Positions 36,966 to 48,524 of a stretch of DNA of 64,000 nucleotides are shown here, piece after piece. The notes below the pieces were generated by a model, which was not told the DNA's origin, did not search any database, and worked only from the letters and a program-made list of their open reading frames with translations. A program made the translations under genes and the position numbers. This stretch comes from Amphiura filiformis (lineage: Eukaryota), in NCBI RefSeq assembly GCF_039555335.1, contig NC_092646.1, positions 58,138,946 through 58,202,945 of the forward strand, given 5' to 3'. Within the stretch, counting starts at the first letter, position 1; the number at the start of each line of letters is the position of its first letter.

Positions 36966-37323
36966 CATGTCACGTTGGACCCGAAATACCACCGAAAGAC
37001 GAATTTCCGTGGGCAGGCCTTACGCCACCTTACGGCTATAAGGGGATTCGAGGTGGATACGTTTACATTTTAGCAGCAGATTATTATACAATATATTGCA
37101 ATGGATCTGTATCTAGTTGGGACTATTTTGCAGAGACGTCCGCAGCTTTCCGAGCTATAGTATTTAGACCTGGTGGTAACCCGAAACAGTGGACCATTGT
37201 CGGTATCAATGACATTCCTCCTCATACAGCCAAATACCAGTATAAGTCTACATACGTTGTTCCGTACGGTGATCGCATATCGGTTGAAGCGGGTGACGTT
37301 ATCGGTGTCGCAGTCGGTGAAGC
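36966..37323 (+). CDS. 5' part of the terminal coding exon, entry phase 1: (A)CHVGPEIPPKDEFPWAGLTPPYGYKGIRGGYVYILAADYYTIYCNGSVSSWDYFAETSAAFRAIVFRPGGNPKQWTIVGINDIPPHTAKYQYKSTYVVPYGDRISVEAGDVIGVAVGEA. In the present sequence it ends after 3 extra codons at a TGA (37331-37333) supplied by the inserted MITE.
   Basis: Acceptor ttacattttttacag|CA at 36951-36965. The frame is open for 120 codons. The first-codon junction with exon 35420-35671 gives G+CA (Ala). The domain is not recognised and appears beta-rich. Confidence 0.6.
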
Positions 37324-37699
37324 CAGAGGATGATTTAAGCACTTCCCAGCAAGTCTTGCGGTTAGCACAGCTGTGTGAGTGAACATGACACCACTGCCCG
37401 CCCACTGCACACACACGTGCATGGTTAAATTTGAATTTGGATAGATATATTTACAATAAAAACACCTTCAAAAAGTTGGTCGATTTCACATTTTATGTTA
37501 TCTACAGAAGGTGTGAATTATCCTTCATGCATACATCACTTTACATCTGAAATCGACCAAGTAATAATGACACACGGGCAATTCTAAAACAACATCTTTT
37601 GCACAGAGTTCAATGGGATTTGAAAAGTAAAGTGGCAGTTGAAACTCTAGTGATAACACTTTTACAGTGCATGATGGGGCTTCCTTAAATCATCCTCTG
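37324..37699. mobile_element. MITE, family G, 376 bp, with 16-bp TIRs (cagaggatgatttaag / cttaaatcatcctctg) and a perfect 9-bp target-site duplication CGGTGAAGC (37315-37323 and 37700-37708). It is inserted inside the terminal coding exon.
   Basis: TIRs and TSD read directly. The second copy at 39519-39903 has its own perfect 9-bp TSD, ATATCCTCC. A 9-bp TSD suggests a Mutator/MULE- or Merlin-like origin. Confidence 0.85.
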
Positions 37700-37708
37700 C
37701 GGTGAAGC

Positions 37709-37934
37709 AGACAACCCGAAAATACGGAACACGTATATTACTGAAATGCACGTTGAAAGCGCTCCGTTGGCTGACCCTATGACCCTGACGCCAGGTGACA
37801 CCGTTACTACTAATCATGATTCGAATTATGTCTACGATGCAATATCAATTTCAGCCATAATTTCAAACACAGAAGCAGGTAATATAAATGGCAAGTCTAT
37901 TCTTCTAAACTGTGTACACGGTTGTTTGATGTGA
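37709..37934 (+). CDS. 3' part of the terminal exon, contiguous with 36966-37323 once the MITE and one TSD copy (385 bp) are removed: ...DNPKIRNTYITEMHVESAPLADPMTLTPGDTVTTNHDSNYVYDAISISAIISNTEAGNINGKSILLNCVHGCLM*.
   Basis: After removing 37324-37708 the reading frame continues without a stop into ORF-track entry 37746-37934, in the same frame (385 mod 3 = 1 is exactly compensated). The stop is at 37932-37934 and an AATAAA lies 73 bp downstream. Confidence 0.45.
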
Positions 37935-38006
37935 TCATTTATTAATTTTTCTAACGAAACATTATTATGTTTAATTCTAGACCTAAATACGAACAGCTAT
38001 CACACT

Positions 38007-38012
38007 AATAAA
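38007..38012 (+). other. Candidate polyadenylation signal AATAAA, 73 bp downstream of the reconstructed stop codon.
   Basis: Read directly. The surroundings are AT-rich, so specificity is low. Confidence 0.3.
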
Positions 38013-39518
38013 CTGTATATACACATATATTTTGTAGCAATTTCTAACACTATATTTTCGTTTGTAGGCCTATATCAAATAATTTTTTCTACTTTTTGTG
38101 GTAATCATTTAATCCTATAAACTGTACATAAAATGTGTGTGCAAATTGATTTTACATATATTTTTCTTTAAATTAGCCAAATAATGACTTATACCTTACA
38201 TTTCACGATAAAAAGTTTTTTGAAAATTCCTTTGTCATTTGTTAATCTGTTTGCTGGTATTGTAAGTGTCTACCCCTTCCTGATGAAGATGCAAACAAGA
38301 TTTTAGATAAATAGCGCCATCATTGTTCAACTTTTCTTTAAAATGACTCGGTTTTACATACCATTAGTACTGGGTTATACAACCATGATATGGATTCTTT
38401 GGCACCAATAACATATAAAACAACACCAATATCAATAGAATAAGGCATAGAATAATATTTTTGATGCAAAATGACAATTTTCAGACCCCCCCCCCCTGGC
38501 CGAATAAGGTTTTTGGACGGCGCCTTCTCATTTTTTGGCCGATTTAAAAAAAAAAAAAAAGGTATTAGAATGCTCAGGAGACCATCCTGCATCAAATAAG
38601 CTTGAGCCCTAAGGAACCCGAAACATCACCATTTTTTTTACCCCTCTTTAACCGACACCTATACCATCAAACAACCGTGTGTAGCAACCAGATTAATTTG
38701 TGGTCAATGGGGCACACCGACACCGCCTGGCTAATAATTATTTGGTGGAGCAGAGACACTAAAATGAATACACGGGATCGATACACGTGAATTGCTATGC
38801 ACGATTTTGATATCAGACGAAAATCTTCGAATACTGGGTTAGAAATTGATGAATATCTCCCGCAAATGAATTTTCTCAAGAAACCAGATGTGGTCTCATA
38901 CACTTGAAAATACGTGTTGAACAGATATGATAGTCGCTAGAATGCGCTTTGAAAATTGGCCGTGCGCTTTGAACTCAAAATCTGACCATTTTATATTGCG
39001 TTGGTCCTGTAATACCCTGTATGGACTACAGCGTGTAGTACAGCTGCACTCACTGTAGGCAGTATAAAAGTCGATGACCATTGACCTCAATGGAGTATAC
39101 AAGCTTATTCACGCACAACCAAGATCAATAACCCGGCTATTGTGAGTAGCCTTAGTTATGTCCCTCGACTAATTATTAGTTCTAAAGAGCTTTAAAGGTT
39201 TGAACCAAATGGCTAATCGTGGCTGTGGATTCAACCTACCATGGCGATTCCTGCCATGAAGATATAGGGTCGATGACACTGTGTGGGGTTATTCCATTTC
39301 AAATCTAGATTGACGCAGAGACAAAACCACGTTCACTTGATGAAAGGGTATGAGGGCTATGATCAATATTCAATTATGCAAATGAATTATCGTCACAACA
39401 ATAATGTTTGAAACCCATACTGCCTTATGTAGCTAAATCTTCTACAGGAGTGTGGATTTCAAAAAGACTACTTTTATTTCGGGTGGTTTTCCGAAACCGC
39501 GAGATCTCCATATCCTCC

Positions 39519-39903
39519 CAGAGGATGATTTAAGGAAGCCCCATCTTGCACTGTAAAAGTGTTATCACGCGAGTTTCAAATGCCACTTAACTTCTGAAAT
39601 CGCATTGAAGTCTGTGCAAAAGATGTTGTTTTAGAATTGCCCGTGTGTCATTATTACTTGGTCGATTTCAGATCTAAAGTGATGCATGCATGAAGGATAA
39701 TTCACACCTTCTGTAGATAACATAAAATGTGAAATCGACTGGCATTTTGAATGTGTTTTATTGTAAATATATCAGTCCAAATTCAAATTTAACCATACAC
39801 GTTTATGCAGTGGTCCCGGGCAGTGGTGTCATTTTCACTCACACAGCTGCTAACCGCAAGTTGACCCCAGTGGAGTGCTGGGAAGTGCTTAAATCATCCT
39901 CTG
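39519..39903. mobile_element. MITE, family G, copy 2, 385 bp, inverted relative to copy 1, with a perfect 9-bp TSD ATATCCTCC (39510-39518 and 39904-39912).
   Basis: TIRs cagaggatgatttaag at 39519 and cttaaatcatcctctg at 39888. The interior is ~85% identical to 37324-37699 in reverse complement. Confidence 0.85.
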
Positions 39904-39919
39904 ATATCCTCCCTTCCTG

Positions 39920-40255
39920 TATCATAGTTCCGAGGTCAGATACTTCAAGTCCAGGGTCCTGCTTCAGCTCATGTAAGGGACGGTATACCAGGGTCAGATA
40001 CTTCAAGTCCAGGGTCCTGCTTCAGCACATGTAAGGGACGGTATACCAGGAAATTCGTACATGAGAGTGACATATAAATAGAATGAAATAACCCAAATGT
40101 TATCTTTTAATGTGACATTAATTTTGTGTAAAACGGTTGTATGTTTAAAAACATTCAACCGTTTTAGACAAAATTAATGTCACAAAAAATAAATGGGTGT
40201 GATTCTATATATTTACGTGTCACTCTCACTTTCCTGTACGAATTTTCCTGGTATA
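39920..40255. repeat. Two tandem 55-bp units (ggtcagatacttcaagtccagggtcctgcttcagc.catgtaagggacggtataccag) followed by a ~220-bp hairpin at 40035-40255.
   Basis: Direct reading. aggaaattcgtacatgagagtgacatataaatag at 40035 pairs with ctatatatttacgtgtcactctcactttcctgtacgaattttcct at 40205. Confidence 0.65.
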
Positions 40256-40670
40256 AATTATACCGTCCCTTATTATGTAGATGAGCTCAAACTCTGAGCT
40301 GTGAAATGACAATGAAATTTGCTCCTTATTTTACACACTACAAACAACCATAGGCCTATCCAAGCAACAAAAATGGAGATTTATTATACACTAAAATGGT
40401 TTATAACATGTGTGCTTTTTCGTTTGTGCAATCAGATCCAGATGGTAATCAACAGCAGCTTGTTCCAACAACGCAGGAGACGACCACTAGTGGCAGAGTG
40501 GTGAAGCCGAATTCCAGACCAGAGCCAGATGGCAGGCAACAGCCGAATTCCAAGAAGAGCTGGAAAATCTTCCAGCGTCCATAGATGTACTCACATTAGC
40601 CTCTGCCCGAAATAAATTTGGGTCTGCGAAACTGTTTTGGTTTAATGTTCAGTTTTCAGTTAGGTCGTGG

Positions 40671-40954
40671 TAGTGGCGTAGGCCTACGTCAAAAGGGCAT
40701 GTGCCCCCCCCCCCTCGATTAATAATAATAATAACAGGCTCTTATATAGCGCCCTTAACCCAGAGGGTCTCAAGGCGCTTAACAAACTAAAAACCACAGC
40801 ATAAAAATACCAGTATACTTAAGCCTACAATATACAGTCAAATATACCCATAGGAAAATTGCCAAAAAATTGCTTGACGTCCCACCCCTCCCCAATCAGG
40901 CGAGGTACCCACTCAATCATGCCTCCCCCATAGGATGACTCACGCTACGCCACT
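40671..40954. mobile_element. MITE, family A copy, with TIRs agtggcgtagg / cgctacgccact.
   Basis: TIRs plus the internal cccataggaaaattgcc block. Confidence 0.65.
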
Positions 40955-40994
40955 AAGGCGTGGATAGTTGTTACATTATTTGCTTAACCCCGTG

Positions 40995-41228
40995 GTCTCT
41001 TGCCTTTCTTACGGTGCACCTGATTGGTTAATCACATGTAAATAGGTCTCTTGCCTTTCTTACGGTGCACCTGATTGGTTAATCACATGTAAATAGGTCT
41101 CTTGCCTTTCTTACGGTGCACCTGATTGGTTAATCACATGTCTCTTGCCTTTCTTACGGTGCACCTGATTGGTTAATCACATGTCTCTTGCCTTTCTTAC
41201 GGTGCACCTGATTGGTTAATCACATGTA
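40995..41228. repeat. Minisatellite of five tandem units of 39-52 bp (gtctcttgcctttcttacggtgcacctgattggttaatcacatg[taaatag]), each containing a CCAAT-box sequence on the opposite strand (gattgg).
   Basis: Direct reading. Units 4 and 5 lack the taaatag tail. Confidence 0.85.
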
Positions 41229-42433
41229 AATCATCTGAGTAACCAATCAAAGTAGCACTATTCAAAATTACTGTAGCGATTCGTCAGGTTCAAATATTGC
41301 AGGTTGGTTTTATCAAACCAATAGATTAGTGGTGAAATGGTGGTAAAAAACTCACCAAATGACGTTTCATCCATCTAGATCAGGCGGATTTCTTCAGAGC
41401 TGCTTAAAAAACTTTTTAACCAATTAACAAAAACGATGGTTACACTCAAAAGTAAAACATAATCCGATATAAATTTTCCGTTGAACAAACTTTAACAAAA
41501 ACGTCACACAATGATACCAACTTTATTACATGTATTCCTGTTTAATAGCGACTACAAACACAGATTGAGAATTTGGATAGGCCTATAATTTCACACGGAA
41601 GGACGGAAAGATGGACAGCATCGTTTTTACAGTCTTACTCCATTCCATAGCGTAAGACAAAAAATATGGGGATTGATAGGACCATCCTATCAGAAGGTCA
41701 AAATACCTTAAACAATGATTTAACCAAAATTGTCTAAATTTTTTCTTGCAAAAATAATTCAAGTAAAGAATAATTTGCACTGTCTAGGATGCTTCCCTAC
41801 ATAAGTAATATTGCAAAATAGGTTAGGCCCAATAGAGTTTGTTGGCGTAGTGCACGTTAGAATATGACCGTTGCTAGGTCAACTGGCTCACGCTTTCTTT
41901 GTTATGAACCACTGATCGAATAACCATGTAATGGCATTACGGTATATCCCATTGAAACAATAGAGGGCTCCACCTAGGTTTCATTATCATTGAGGTATAG
42001 GACTTTTTATTTTTTCGGAGAAGAGCAAGTAGGGCAACTACTTGATTATATTTCTACACGTTCGTACTACATACTCTGAAAATTTTAGAAAATTCGCACG
42101 AGTCCGTTTTTTTTAAATCACAATTTTGTTCCTAAAATGGGGGTTATAGCGCCCTAAAATAAAATGGACTCGTGCGAATTTCCTCAAATTTTGCAAATGA
42201 TGTAGATCTGGAATTTAACATCACTTGCATTACATTCCAGATGTTAAAACATCTGGAATGTAATGCAAGTGATGTCATTGCTGCTCTTCTAAATTCATTT
42301 TTAAAATGTCCGCCCCAGACCAAGGTGCTCCAACAAAATCCACAAAGGCCCATCAGAAAAGTACAAAATTTCAAAATTCTATCGAGAACCTATTAATGCA
42401 TGCATACACATCCATTAAGATTCCATACAGGCA

Positions 42434-42624
42434 GAATTGGGATATTCCATGTGAACTCTATACTCCCTATGGAAGACATGATCTTAATCTTCCACACTGG
42501 GAGCATGGATTTCAAATGGGGTTACCTGAATGGCTGACTCTATTTGAAATTCATACTCCCAGTGTGGAAGATTCAGGTCATGTCTTCCATATAGCGGGTG
42601 TATGGACTTCAACTGGAATAAGCT
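42434..42624. mobile_element. Palindromic MITE, family D. The consensus is ggctattccagttgaaatccatacaccccctatggaagacatgaccttaatcttccacacagggggtgtagatttcaaatggagtcacccattcaggtaaccccatttgaaattcacactccctgtgtggaagattaaggtcatgtcttccatagggggtgtatggatttcaactggaatagcc. This is copy D1.
   Basis: Matches the family consensus. ORF 42306-42650 is a read-through of this repeat. Confidence 0.8.
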
Positions 42625-42681
42625 ATTTGAACTGGTTAGTGACCACATAGACATTATATTTGTCAGGTGATGCAAAAATAG

Positions 42682-42876
42682 ATCTAACATTGCCTCAGAT
42701 TGGTCAATTATGTGATATCTTTACTTTAATCACCAATCAAAATGGAGCTTTGCAAATAATTCACCCCAATTTTTTTGCGTGGTTAAATTATTCTAACAAA
42801 GTTGCTGATTGGTCCAATTGATAATGAAAACTTCTTTTTGGCCAATCGGCAGGTAATTCTCATGGGGTTAAACTTC
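42682..42876. mobile_element. ~195-bp repeat, family E, with TIRs ctgccgat / atcggcag. It holds at least four CCAAT or ATTGG motifs (gattggtcaat, caccaatca, gctgattggtccaattg, ggccaatcgg). This is copy 1; copies 2 and 3 are at 45849-46050 and 58264-58460.
   Basis: The three copies are more than 90% identical. Confidence 0.7.
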
Positions 42877-43668
42877 ATAACTACATGTATATTTAAAATC
42901 TCAAAAAGAAAATTTTTGAAATGTTCCACTGAGGTTTATAGGAACGGGTCACATAATCTAGGCCAGCTTAATGCTCTTCGTGCTAGCCATATAAAAAGTC
43001 CAAGTTTTGAGATATTTTCTCAAAATATCAAGAACTATTTTGAGAACTACTGAACCAATACTAGGCTTGTTTGTACTCATTTCAATGCATTTTTCATGCT
43101 GATTCCAAATATGGTCATGAAAATTTACAATTTTGAAATTTATGAATTTTTTTAAAACTTGTCGTCTGCAGTCGACACCAGCGTGGAGAGAGTTAAAGGC
43201 AAATCACTACCAAATAAAGATGTCTAACAACAGTCACAAGGTATTAGATAATACTAAAACAAATCTTTATTAATGCTGCTGCAATTTAATAGAACTTATC
43301 TACAATTATTTAGCAATGCAAATGACAGTACATTATTGTACTATAAGAAAAAGTGACTATAATAAATCAAGGTACACTTCTATACGCTTTGGTGTCATGT
43401 TTTACAGTATATAGCACTATGGACCACAATGGCCTCATCCAAATGGCCTAGTTCAATAACCTCAATTAAACAATTGTATTCCAAAATTTGACCTCAAGTT
43501 GCAGATGAGTTTTTGTACCCAAATTTTCAAATGTCATTTAATGAATGTACAAATGTATTGAGGTTAAAGAACTGTGCCCTGATAGATGAGCATGTTGTGG
43601 ATCCTAGTGCAAGATTTTGCTAACATACTATTCTACTGACCCTTCACCGCCCTGTTCCACATGTAGAC

Positions 43669-43832
43669 ATTGGCGGCACCAGGATTTTTTTTCGGGGGTG
43701 GGGGGATTGGGGACAAAGTGAATTTCTGGGGGGCAAAATCGACAAATTGCGTAAAATTGCCGCAAAAAGCGGAAATTTACGTAATTTGGGGGTTTTTGCC
43801 TCAAAACTGGCCCCCCCTTGCGCCGCCACTGC
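43669..43832. mobile_element. MITE, family B copy, with TIRs tggcggcaccagg / gcgccgccactg.
   Basis: The internal block gcaaaatcgacaaattgcgtaaaattgccgcaaaaagcggaaatttacgtaatttggggg is homologous to 16280-16340. Confidence 0.65.
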
Positions 43833-44014
43833 ATTTAGACACAAACTACAGTTCCTTAACTCAAATGAAGTATGGCCAAAAGGTTTTTTACTATCAAGTG
43901 CAGTGTTTTCTTAAGTCAAAGTTTAAACAAAAATATTTTGTGTCTTCTAGTTTTACGCCAGCGTAAACACTTTATATATCGCCTGTTTTTTTAAACATCT
44001 TTCATCCCTGACCT

Positions 44015-44210
44015 GTGACTGTGTTGGGCAATTCCAGTTGAAATCCATCCACCCCCTATGGAAGATTTGGTCTTAATCTTCAACACAGGGAGTGTGAATT
44101 TCAAATGGGGTTACCTGAATGGGTGACTCCATTTGAAATCTACACTCCCTGTGTGGGAGATTAAGGTTGCATCTTTCACAGGGGGTGTATGGGTTTCACC
44201 TGGAATAGCC
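44015..44210. mobile_element. Family-D MITE, copy D2.
   Basis: Consensus match. Confidence 0.8.
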
Positions 44211-45167
44211 CAAAGTGTTTGTTTATTTGTTTGTGTATGTGCTTGTACTTTTATTGCATCCAATTGAAAGACTTTTCCTGGATTGCAAACTTTTATAATA
44301 TATAATTCAAGTGAAAAAATCAAAACAAAAAACACAACAACACCATCGTGATAATCTTAGCATACCTTGACCTACAAATGCAATAGAAATAATATCATAT
44401 TTGATACTAATTGGTAATATCAGTAACCATTTCCACTCCCATGACCACACTCATATTTTGCCCAATAAGCCTGAAAAAATGTGCATTTCTAGGGTTGATA
44501 CGCCAAATTTCCCATAAAAAGTACTGAATTTCTCATCATTTTCCATGTATTTCAAATACCACAAATTTTCCTGGAATCCACAATTTTTCCATAGACATGT
44601 TCTTTGTATGAAGCAGTAATTAAAAATGCCATATCTTTAAGCTTCTTCATGAACTTAAAAAACAGTTAGTACTTTTTTTGCTTGGGAGGCAGGTGTATAG
44701 GAATCAATCTGTTCCAGGCCTGTAGTCGTAATTCCTGGCTGTGGACCTGGGGCCCATTTCAATAAACTTTGACCCGTATCTCAAGTAAACATTCGCAAGT
44801 TACAAATACCCTTTTCCTTGAAGTAAATTTACAGAAGGTTCCCTGTAGTAAATCCCTAATATTACTTATGAAGTGTAACGTTCATAAGTTTATTGAAATG
44901 AACTTACGATAAGTTAGGATTGATTTTGAGACTTGCAAAGCTTTGTAAAGTTGAGTGAAATGGACTCCAGGTCTGCTCCAAACGTAAAATTACCTACAGA
45001 TGATGTCTTTGCAAGGAAGATATCTTACTCTTCCCAGCATTCTTTGCAACACAGTCACCTCATTTCATCAAATGACACTCCCAGATTCCCTTTGTTTTCA
45101 TTTTGAGAATCTACTGGTTAAATATGGTCTAATAGTCAAGAAATTTATTTTGTAAGATCAGGATTGA

Positions 45168-45490
45168 GGTACCGTATTCATTCCAATAAGCGCCCAGGGC
45201 GCTTAACAAAGTCATTTTGGGTGGACGCTTTTTTTTACCTTGTTTGCGTAAGGGGCATTTATTAGAGACGAATTTACATATGTTATAAACGGGTCCTGAG
45301 ACGTTCTAATAGCTTTTCTGATGCAGAAAATGTATTGCAAGTTTACGCAGGACTTGTACCTGTAGTCCTGCAGCTATTTCACTGTATCAACATCTATCTG
45401 TCACATTAATGGTACCCTTTAGCAAATTGAAAATACCCTGGGTGGGCGCTTTATATTAGGGCATGGGCGCTTATTGTAATGAATACGGTA
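45168..45490. mobile_element. MITE with ~30-bp TIRs (gtaccgtattcattccaataagcgcccagggcgc / gcatgggcgcttattgtaatgaatacggtac).
   Basis: Direct reading. Confidence 0.7.
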
Positions 45491-45848
45491 CATTTTGTCA
45501 CTATCGACTCATGTTGCATTAAATCAGTACAGGAAATTAAAATGGGAGAAATGGGTTACGGGAAGTCCTGGATATCTTCTCTACAGCATTTGTACTTAGG
45601 AGGACAGGTTTGTGGAAATGTTCACTTTTGTTAATAATATTACCAAAAGCAGTTGCCACACCCTCAATTCACTTACTCTATAATAATTGAAAAACAAAAC
45701 AGAACAAGCGTAAGTTAATATTTAATAAGAATTGAGAATGATAATTATGTAAATATAAAATTGAATTGGCAAAGAGATTAGAGTTAAGGAGTACCAACTT
45801 CACCATGTTTGCGTGTAACACATGGAGGGCAAAATGGTGTACCACTAC

Positions 45849-46050
45849 CTGCCGATCTAACATTGCCTCTAATTGGTCAATTATGTGATATCTTCACTTT
45901 AATCACCAATCAGAATGGAGCTTTGCAAATAATTCACCCCAATTTTTTTTGCGTGGTGAAATTATTCTAACAAAGTTGCTGATTGGTCCAATTGATAATG
46001 AAAACTTCTTTTTGGCCAATCGGCAGGTAATTCTCATGGGGTTAAACTTC
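45849..46050. mobile_element. Family-E repeat, copy 2.
   Basis: See 42682. Confidence 0.7.
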
Positions 46051-46271
46051 AATTTAAAGTCTGTGTTTGTTTGCGTTGTGTGAGCAATGAAATTTGCCCA
46101 TAACACACGCTAAGCGCTACGAGTGCAATTTGTAGTTCAATTTCTGTTTTTTGTAGAAAAATGGCAGCAGTAACCTATTTTGCTATGTGTGATCAACCAA
46201 TACATGGCAGATTTACCATAGCGTTAATTACGCACAGCACTATTCCGAGTTGGTTCTCTTTAGGCCTAATA

Positions 46272-46436
46272 GGCTATTCCAGTTGAAATCCATACACCCC
46301 TTATGGAAGACATGACCTTAATCTTCCACACAGGGGGTGTAGATTTCAAATAGAATCACCCATTCAGGTAACCCCATTTGAAATTCACTGCCCTTGTGTG
46401 GAAGATTAAGGTCATGTGGATTTCAACTGGAATATC
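46272..46436. mobile_element. Family-D MITE, copy D3.
   Basis: Consensus match. Confidence 0.8.
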
Positions 46437-46845
46437 CCTATCTCTTTGTACACACTAGGAACCTTTCCATGTACCTCATCACTAAAACGATCCAATTTTC
46501 AAATGTAAAATGCAAATTGTGAAAATATATTAATCTGCTTGTTAATTACATGTCTATTTTACAAAATGAGAGAATTTGAACTATTTTATGGCAACAAGTT
46601 GGATTGGACTATTTTGTTCTGAAACGCTATACCTTCTTTTGAGATTTTATATCTCCATAATAAGATGAACATTCACATGGGTTTTTAAGCAGCCTTTACC
46701 TTTTACTTGATTTAGATAATCATAAATTGACCATCTGTTCTTTTGTTGGATTTGAGTCACTATAGGCAATGTAACATTATTCTATCCCTACTCACTATTC
46801 CAGAAAAATACAGCACTAATTTTTTGATATTAAAATGGGGGGTAC

Positions 46846-47606
46846 TGGGGGCAATTCACCCAGTCAGAACTCTTGCTCCCGTGTTTCCCCCCAGAAAAAA
46901 ACGCAAAATTACGAAAATGTCAACTTTCTGCGGTAATTTTTACGCATAAAATTGGATGATTTTGCCCCCCCCATGAAATTCACTTTGCCCTCTCAATGCC
47001 CCCCCCCCCCAACAAAAATTCCTGGTGCCACCACTGGACACCCATATGTGTAGAGGGTTAAATACTGTTCAACACACATTATTGCGTATCAAGAGAAGTT
47101 TATAATGTTACAAAAACAAAATTTTGCGCCAAACTTTTACCATAAAATAGCCAAACGGACCAACTACAGGCCTGTGATTTTGTTTCTGTACATCCCTGTC
47201 ATCTAGTGCAAATATGATTTGGGGGGGGGGGGTACTGGCACGAGGGTGCAATTCACCCAGTCAGAACTCTTGCTCCCGTGTTTCCCCCCAGAAAAAAACG
47301 CAAAATTACGAAAATGTCAACTTTCTGTAATTTTTACATAAAATTGGATGATTTTGCCCCCCCATGAAATTCACTTTGCCCTCTCAATGCCCCCCCCCAA
47401 ACAAAAATTCCTGGTGCCACCACTGGACACCCATATGTGTAGAGGGTTAAATAATGTTCAACACACATTATTGCGTATCAAGAGAAGTTTATAATGTTAC
47501 AAAAAACAAAATTTTGCGCCAAACTTTTACCATAAAATAGCCAAACGGACCAACTACAGGCCTGTGATTTTGTTTCTGTACATCCCTGTCATCTAGTGCA
47601 AATATG
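46846..47606 (+). repeat. Tandem duplication of a ~390-bp segment (unit 1 at 46846-47220, unit 2 at 47221-47606). Each unit contains a family-B MITE remnant (right TIR cctggtgccaccactgg at 47021 and 47411).
   Basis: The two units are ~95% identical, and cagtcagaactcttgctcccgtgtttcccccc appears at 46861 and 47258. Confidence 0.8.
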
Positions 47607-47739
47607 TGTACACTGCCCTGGGTATACCACATCCAGTATAAAGATAATGTATCATTGTTTCAAATTCTTAAAACAATAGTCTTTAGAACTTGTTCAGGAT
47701 ATAATGTTGTGGAATTCTAAACTTGATAGGCAGACCCTA

Positions 47740-47900
47740 TTCACTCGGTCGGACATCCGGGAGCATTGTCCCCTTTGTGCCCTTTGTACAAGCGCGCGCA
47801 TGGCAACCAGCTCGAGAAAGGGGAACTGCACATGCGCTGCACATGCGAACACTGGTTTTACAAGGCTATTTCCCCTTTGTGACGTCAGCCCGACCAAGAG
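47740..47900. other. Isolated ~160-bp CpG- and GC-rich block in an AT-rich region, containing the CRE palindrome tgacgtca and the direct repeat cccctttgtg.
   Basis: About 11 CpG in 160 bp against roughly 1 per 100 bp elsewhere. No function is assigned. Confidence 0.3.
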
Positions 47901-48347
47901 AATTGATAGCACAAAATTGATTGACAGCCTGACAGGCCACTTGCAACAAAAATACACCAAAAATAATGATGTCACCCATAGCATATGAGACAATAGAAGC
48001 ACGGCAGCAGCTAAAAACAGTAACTTTGTTCTCATTCTTAAACACTTCAAGAGAGTGGTCATTGAGGGCACTATCAGCTGGGCAATCAGCTCAGTTTTCA
48101 TTTAGTTTTAGGCCTGTAGTAAAAAAAATCAGTGTTTTGTTTTTCTTAAAATTTGCACATTAATTATGTGCTTCAAACATCAAGTTGATGACACATTACG
48201 CATGCATGAGTCCTGCTCAAAATGTATGCTTAAACAAGATAATGCTGATTGCCACTGTTATTATTGCTATATTGCTTTTTACAAAAATAAAACTTACAAT
48301 TGCAATATGCAAAAAAAAATGCCTTTATCTAGTTTCTTTAACTAAGA

Positions 48348-48524
48348 GATTCCAGTTGAAATCCATACACTCTATGAAAGACATGACCTTAATCTTCCAC
48401 ACAGGGAGTGTGAATTTTAAATGGGGCTACCAGAGTGGGTGACTCCGTTTGAAATCTGTACCCCATGTGTGCAAGATTACTGTCATGTCTTCCATAGGGA
48501 GTATGGATTTCAACTGGAATAACC
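48348..48524. mobile_element. Family-D MITE, copy D4.
   Basis: Consensus match. Confidence 0.8.

Noticed and set aside
39729-40034. 101-aa plus-strand ORF.
   Set aside because: It spans the inverted MITE copy G2 and the 55-bp tandem repeats. The internally repeated peptide (RSDTSSPGSCFSSCKGRYTR twice) is a repeat artefact.
40995-41228. Regularly spaced ~48-bp direct repeats that look superficially like a CRISPR array.
   Set aside because: The units are contiguous with no unique spacers between them. The context is eukaryotic, and there are no cas genes or leader. It is a minisatellite.
42306-42650. 114-aa ORF; similar cases at 55760-56128, 56426-56710 and 61065-61265.
   Set aside because: Each is a read-through of a palindromic family-D MITE copy. 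The peptides recur (...HTPSVEDSGHVFH..., ...IHTPPVEDF...) wherever the MITE occurs.
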